The notes under the pieces were generated by a model that worked only from the letters and a program-made list of their open reading frames with translations, ran no database searches and had not been told where the DNA came from. From positions 1,598 to 65,597 of the forward strand of contig JAFGBT010000004.1 in assembly GCA_016933025.1 (NCBI GenBank): DNA of 64,000 nucleotides, read 5' to 3'. Each line of letters opens with the position of its first letter. Within the stretch, counting starts at the first letter, position 1. The stretch is from Spirochaetota bacterium. GTDB taxonomy: Bacteria > Spirochaetota > UBA4802 > UBA5550. The translations under genes were made by a program, and so were the position numbers. This document shows positions 59,052-64,000 of this stretch, in pieces.

Positions 59052-60719
59052 TTAATGCTTTTTCTCTCGAAATTGTGTCGGCGTAACCTTCATGACCTTC
59101 ATGAATGCCCTGTTGAATGTGGGGAGGCTTTCAAAACCGACGGAAAATGCGATATCGATAATGTTAACGCCCGTCTCCGCAATTTTACGCGCGGCCTCCC
59201 TGACCCTGAGCTCATTGATGTACTCGCTGATTTTTTTGTTCGTGTAAATCTTGAAAAACCTCCCAAACGAATCAGGATGCATGTTGATCGATGCGGCAAG
59301 CCCTTCCCGGGATATATCCGATGTATAATTCTGCTGTATAAAAGCTATCGCCTTCTTGATTTTATCCTCGATGTTTTGCGTGATGGAATGCTGACGCGCG
59401 ACGGCAGTCTGATCTATCATTCTCTGGTAAAGGTAGGCGTTTTCAATCGCGGACGCGGCCTGCGCAATAAAGGCCGTGATCAGCCGGATGTCGGTCTCCC
59501 TGAACTGGCCCGCCTTACGATTCCGCTGGAGGCAGCAGACTCCAATGGTCTCCTCCCGTAGATTGATGGGCACGAAGAGGGAGTCGAGCGCGCCGATCCC
59601 GGCTTTTCCCGCAGCATCATGGCCTTCAACGGTCCGGTGACGACGCTCCTCCACGGTTCTTGCGGCCGTCTCTGCCACCCAGAACGGAACGTCTTCATTA
59701 TTGGAACGGACCGCCGTTTCAAGGCCGCCGCCGTCGCCGACCATGAAAAGGTAGCCGCCCGACGCTGCTGATATCTCCATCGCCTTTTCCAGCGACCTGT
59801 TCAGGAGCTTATCGATGTTAAGAACGATGCTTATGTCCTGGCTGAGTGAGCTTATCGATGTGCCGGCATCGCGTTTGCGATTTTTTCCCTCGTCCGCTCC
59901 GGCGCCCGCCTCGCCGGAAATTCCTGCATAGAGATCTCGGGTGATCTCGCTGAAAAAAAGCTCCATGGTTCGGTCGTTCACCTTCTCCTCAAGCTGCTGC
60001 GTCAGCTCCTCAACCTCGCGATTCAGCGTGACAAAACGGCTCTGCAGCACATGCGCCATCGAAAGGATAATGAACAGGTACGTGTACTCGAGCAGGTAGA
60101 TGAAGGGATAGACCCCCGCGCCGACGAGTACGTCGTTCAGGGCGGCCGCAAAAAAGAGTATCATCGACACCAGGATCGGCCTTGCGTTGGGCTGCTCCTC
60201 GCTCCGGTAATTCCGGACCAGGACGTAAAAAAGAAAGGCCGCCGCCAGTATCATCGAAGCGTACTGTATTGAATAAATGATTCCGGGGTCCACCTCGTTG
60301 TATACTATGACACCTCCCCACAGGTTGATGGTTTTTACGAACGGCCGAGACAGGGAAAGAGTGAGCACGCCCCGTATGAAAACCCCCAGAAGGAAAAATG
60401 CGGAAAGCCATGCAGTGATAATAATGAAGGGTATCCGCGACCTGAAGCGGGTAAAATGATAGATGAACCAGGATACCGATATGGTAAAGAGGGCAAGAAC
60501 GGCAAACTGAAGCCGCTGCCAGAACATGCCCTTTTCAATCGTCGATGCGTTGTAGAGGCCCGCGCAGAATATGTCGTAGAGGGCGATAGCGAAGCAGGTG
60601 ATGGCGAAGGCCAAATTCTCGACCTCTGACCTCCGGCGAGCGAACATGATCAGATAGTAGAACCCCACATAAAAGGAGACGGCGGCCATAAGTGCCGGCG
60701 GTAATGATACCCAGCTCAT
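59052..60719 (-). CDS. Membrane-integral AraC-family regulator (7TM HisKA_7TM-like + coiled coil + GAF + AraC HTH)
   Basis: About 7 hydrophobic helices; GAF LFVPINLREETIGVCCL...FRETDIRLI.AF..QAA.AIENA; AraC DISREGLAASINMHPDSFGRFFK and IIDIAFSVGFESLPTFNRAF; start placed at MSWVSL. Confidence 0.88.
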   Translation of the reverse strand: MSWVSLPPALMAAVSFYVGFYYLIMFARRRSEVENLAFAITCFAIALYDIFCAGLYNASTIEKGMFWQRLQFAVLALFTISVSWFIYHFTRFRSRIPFIIITAWLSAFFLLGVFIRGVLTLSLSRPFVKTINLWGGVIVYNEVDPGIIYSIQYASMILAAAFLFYVLVRNYRSEEQPNARPILVSMILFFAAALNDVLVGAGVYPFIYLLEYTYLFIILSMAHVLQSRFVTLNREVEELTQQLEEKVNDRTMELFFSEITRDLYAGISGEAGAGADEGKNRKRDAGTSISSLSQDISIVLNIDKLLNRSLEKAMEISAASGGYLFMVGDGGGLETAVRSNNEDVPFWVAETAARTVEERRHRTVEGHDAAGKAGIGALDSLFVPINLREETIGVCCLQRNRKAGQFRETDIRLITAFIAQAASAIENAYLYQRMIDQTAVARQHSITQNIEDKIKKAIAFIQQNYTSDISREGLAASINMHPDSFGRFFKIYTNKKISEYINELRVREAARKIAETGVNIIDIAFSVGFESLPTFNRAFMKVMKVTPTQFREKKH

Positions 60720-60830
60720 CGAAAACCTCTGGCAGAGATTGTTGCCACGCGCAAGCGGGCCGACCGGCATGCGCGATAATCATACATTATACTATCTCGA
60801 TAAAAATTAAAGATAATTTTTTTTGCCTGG

Positions 60831-60859
60831 AAAAAAAAGCCGCGTCGAAAACGCGGCTT
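60831..60859 (-). terminator. Intrinsic terminator after the ceramidase gene
   Basis: Minus strand AAGCCGCG-ttttcga-CGCGGC followed by T8. Confidence 0.75.
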
Positions 60860-60914
60860 CAGGCACAATTTATATGGGGTTTTTAATTACAATTATCTTT
60901 CTTTCATCCAATAC

Positions 60915-63098
60915 CTATTTTACTTTAAACGATTTGGTCACTCCCTCGTAGGGGCTTATTTTACCGGTCCAGCCGGACTTCCAGTTCCCCTTGTGGCGAA
61001 TACGGTACGTGCCGGGCTGAGCATTCAGGGTATTCCAGGTAATGGTTATCTTGGAATACGCGATGCTGTTACGCTCCCATCGGTATGTGGTGTCCGGATC
61101 CCAGTCATAGGTCGCCGGCACATATTTCCCGTCGACCAGCTTCTCAACAACGAGAAAGCTGTCCTGTGTCCTGAGATTGTTATTCGGATGGGCGCCCCAA
61201 AATTGCACGGAAACAAGGCTCCCTTTCGCGTAGCTCGATGACGGCTGCGTAATAACGCTGCCGAAGCTCTTGCCGAGCGGCTTGTCGTCGAACCACACCT
61301 TCGCGGTGAAATCAACAGTCTGGCCGGTGACATCCTCGGGGGTCGGCCCTGCCGGGACCCCGGTTCCGTTAACAATTGCCCTGCAGAGCTTTGTGTATTC
61401 CTGCCGGAACGCCGTCAGCTGATTCGGGCCGAACTGCGTTGCGGCTCCCTCGTACCACTGCTTCGCGTATTCCTCCCTGGTGGCCATGTACGAGGCATAG
61501 GTGTTCGAGAGGGCGGCGACGACCGCGCAATCCACGCCGTCGGCGGCCAGCTCGTTGATGAGCGTCTTCTTGATTCGCCGGCCCGACATTGTGGTGACTT
61601 CGGTGGGGACTGCCGCGATTGCCATATTCCCGATTTTCAGAACCTGGAACGGAATGATCTGCGGCGTCATGGTAGGGCCATTAATGTTAAGATGTGCGAT
61701 ACCGGTCGGAATAAGCACCGGTTTTTCCGCCTGGCACTCCTTGTAGGCCGCGTCGTTGGTCGCGGGCCACGCGAAGGCGAAGACGCCGCCGAGGAACGTG
61801 CTCAGAAACGCGCTGCCGGCGTTATCGCTCCAGTCAAGGCTGTCGACCGTCGTCCCGTTCGGGAAGAGCGGCGACGGGCTCGGGTTGTCATATGGGCTCC
61901 CGGCCGAGAACGAGGCGCCCATGCCGGCCGCACAGGTGGTACACCCGGCTTCCTCGACATAGAGCGTTCTCATGTCGACCCACTCGTGGCGCGAATCCAC
62001 TGAGCCCGAGAGTTCACGCGCGGCGCCCTCATACAGCTCTTTTGCCCTGGTATATTGCTTGAGGACCGCGTTCTCGAGGCTTTTATTGTTCGCGAACGTT
62101 ACATCGGGCGGCGCCTGGCCGAACCCGATGTTCGGCGTGACGTCGCCGGCGCTCGACTGGGCGAACGCAGCCACGAATGTACGGGCCGCAAAATAATTTG
62201 TCCCCTTGTCCTTCTCGAAAAGAAACGACGCCCAGCCTTTGTTGTCGCCGCTGATCAGCCTGTTCTCTGGGCCGATACTGTCAGGATGGACCGCATACCA
62301 GTTAAGCATGCCGATCTCCTCTCCCTCGAGGGTGACGAACTTGAGGAGTGTCATGGTTTTATCCGTATTGCTGTCGTACAGCGCGCGTTCGGCAGCCGGG
62401 TTGTTCTCATAGGCCTCAACGGCGCGGTTGCCGCCACAGCCGTCAATCGTCCCCTCGCTCACGAGGATCTTGCCGGGGGCGACATTATTGTGGGCCCTCA
62501 CGATCGATTGATAGATTCCGTCCACGATGGCGTTGAAATTCTGCTTCACGAAGCCGTTGATGGTAGCATCATACAGAAAGTAGCCGGAATACCCTCCCGG
62601 GCCGTTGTGCGTGTGCGTCGCCGACAGGAGGATATTTTTTTCATTATAGAATCTGGAGAGGTCCGCATTCTGAGCGATTTTTTCCGAGACCTTCACCTTG
62701 ACCATCTGGAACAGCATGCCCAGATCGGCGCTTACGAACACGATCCGCCTGATTCCGTCGCCGACAACGAAGGCCCGCGACCTGAGACGAATATGTATGC
62801 CCGCGGTTTTTTGATCCGACACGGCAAATCCCATCATGCCAAGCTCGCCGGCCGGGCCGGTGATATCGTAGATCCCGGTTCCTATCAGGTAGACGCTCCC
62901 ACCCGTTGAGGTCGGATTCGTGGGGAGTGATATTACGCTGGCTTCATCGTTATAGGGATTGTTATCGCCACTATCCCCTATTCCGAGCAGCGGCAGCATC
63001 CCGTTACCGGAATCCTGATCGCAGCCAGGAACAGTGAAAAGGAAAACACACACTAACAGTAAAAGGATCTTGCTATGGATGATAGAATGATTGCTCAT
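60915..63098 (-). CDS. Neutral/alkaline ceramidase, lipoprotein
   Basis: ATHTHNGPGG, NRAVEAY, WYAVHPDS, DNKG, GDVTPN, PTEVTTMSGRR, YA.Y.ATREEY..Q.YEG..T.FG; C-terminal Ig-like GTYRIRHKG; signal peptide with VPGC lipobox. Confidence 0.92.
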   Translation of the reverse strand: MSNHSIIHSKILLLLVCVFLFTVPGCDQDSGNGMLPLLGIGDSGDNNPYNDEASVISLPTNPTSTGGSVYLIGTGIYDITGPAGELGMMGFAVSDQKTAGIHIRLRSRAFVVGDGIRRIVFVSADLGMLFQMVKVKVSEKIAQNADLSRFYNEKNILLSATHTHNGPGGYSGYFLYDATINGFVKQNFNAIVDGIYQSIVRAHNNVAPGKILVSEGTIDGCGGNRAVEAYENNPAAERALYDSNTDKTMTLLKFVTLEGEEIGMLNWYAVHPDSIGPENRLISGDNKGWASFLFEKDKGTNYFAARTFVAAFAQSSAGDVTPNIGFGQAPPDVTFANNKSLENAVLKQYTRAKELYEGAARELSGSVDSRHEWVDMRTLYVEEAGCTTCAAGMGASFSAGSPYDNPSPSPLFPNGTTVDSLDWSDNAGSAFLSTFLGGVFAFAWPATNDAAYKECQAEKPVLIPTGIAHLNINGPTMTPQIIPFQVLKIGNMAIAAVPTEVTTMSGRRIKKTLINELAADGVDCAVVAALSNTYASYMATREEYAKQWYEGAATQFGPNQLTAFRQEYTKLCRAIVNGTGVPAGPTPEDVTGQTVDFTAKVWFDDKPLGKSFGSVITQPSSSYAKGSLVSVQFWGAHPNNNLRTQDSFLVVEKLVDGKYVPATYDWDPDTTYRWERNSIAYSKITITWNTLNAQPGTYRIRHKGNWKSGWTGKISPYEGVTKSFKVK

Positions 63099-63200
63099 GT
63101 TGCCCTCCAGCTTGAATATTTGAATACTTTAAAATTACTGCGCAATAATAAAAGACCAGATGGACGGTCTGTGTTTAATTAACATATTTTAATAAGATCT

Positions 63201-63256
63201 GTCATATCAAAATCTGTTCAATCAGTATTTGACAAGCCACGAAAACTGATTAATCA
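63201..63256 (-). promoter_or_regulatory. Conserved motif upstream of the ceramidase, plus an extra half-copy
   Basis: GTCATATCAAAATCTGTTCAATCAGTATTTGA (63201-63232); AAAACTGATTAATCA (63242-63256) matches 58942-58956 at 14/15. Confidence 0.7.
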
Positions 63257-63431
63257 CATTTTAGCCGGTGGTGTCAGAGTAACAGATCATATAATATAAA
63301 TGTTGACGTATTGTAATTATAGGAGTATTGAAAAATCAGATGAAATATTTATACAAATAATTTATTTTGTACAAATAAATAACTTGAAGAAAAAAAACAC
63401 CAACCTGTGGCGGGCCAGGATTGCGGACGCA

Positions 63432-64000
63432 ATGAATATGAGCCGCGCCGATCTCTTTATGAAGTTCTGCCGTGAAATGATGGATAACTATCGCCTCAAA
63501 GGGGCGGCACTGGCAGAGAAAAGAGGCAAGTCATACACAGTATGCTCCACAATCAATCTATTTGATTCTAACACCGACCTTGCATTCACTTATTCCAAAC
63601 CGGATTCCATTTCCTTTTCAAAATCAGAATACGATTCCTGCGCGAAAACCTGTCGTTTTATACCGGCTACGGACAGTTCATTAATACTCATCATCTCCAT
63701 TGATAAAAGAAGAAAAATTGACGAACGTGAAATCACCCTTTCAATCGATTTTCTTTCATATATATCTGATTTTCACCGGAGACAGGCCGATTTTCTCGTC
63801 AGGTATAAAAATTATCTCTCCATATTCATGAAGTCGCCGAACCTGACCGCAATCCTCGACCGGTTCGGCAACGTTCTTGAATGGAACGAAATAGCCGGTG
63901 AGATGTATGGATGGGACCTGAAAGACGGTCCCATAAGCTATGCGGATTTCGTTCATGACAGCGACATACCGCGCATCAGGGCCCTCTTCACCGGATTGTA
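63432..64000 (+). CDS. PAS-domain signalling protein, 5' part (runs off the window; absent from the ORF track)
   Basis: Open frame translated by hand from ATG 63432 (or TTG 63384) to the edge with no stop; YLSIFMKSPNLTAILDRFGNVLEWNEIAGEMYGW...FVHDSD PAS signature. Confidence 0.75.
   Translation, partial: MNMSRADLFMKFCREMMDNYRLKGAALAEKRGKSYTVCSTINLFDSNTDLAFTYSKPDSISFSKSEYDSCAKTCRFIPATDSSLILIISIDKRRKIDEREITLSIDFLSYISDFHRRQADFLVRYKNYLSIFMKSPNLTAILDRFGNVLEWNEIAGEMYGWDLKDGPISYADFVHDSDIPRIRALFTGL

Overview
Bacterial chromosomal window with about 52 CDS. It contains no rRNA, tRNA, CRISPR array, transposase or phage gene. The gene content (LipL45/FecR-like lipoprotein, Maf, FlgF/FlhO, spirochaete-type lipoproteins, 2-oxoacid:ferredoxin oxidoreductase, IcmF, NifSU) suggests an anaerobic, free-living Spirochaetota of the Leptospirae side; this is an inference. 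From left to right: NHL-propeller lipoprotein; beta-barrel protein; flavodoxin plus orphan CoA-dehydratase activase; RHH/PIN toxin-antitoxin pair with a 41-bp palindromic operator; four-subunit VOR-like oxidoreductase plus ACT protein; GH-A-like lipoprotein; TetR; IcmF; ECF sigma factor; an acyl-CoA catabolic cluster; nitrilase; GT4; hom-thrC; maf-pbp-lepB; MltD-like gene with an A9 frameshift inside its LysM domain; murA; flgF; an AT-richer accessory block; nifSU; HAD hydrolases; trmH-like gene; MCP. The most interesting feature is the minus-strand locus at 53450-63098: lipid-anchored neutral ceramidase, 7TM-GAF-AraC regulator, FGGY kinase, FucA-type class II aldolase, GSAM-like class III aminotransferase and MFS transporter. 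The ceramidase and kinase promoters share a 32-bp motif (27/32 identical). The chemistry fits a phytoceramide/phytosphingosine catabolic route that I do not know to be described: transamination, C1 phosphorylation, then retro-aldol cleavage to DHAP plus pentadecanal. This pathway is a hypothesis, not demonstrated. Three families of short intergenic palindromic repeats also recur through the window.
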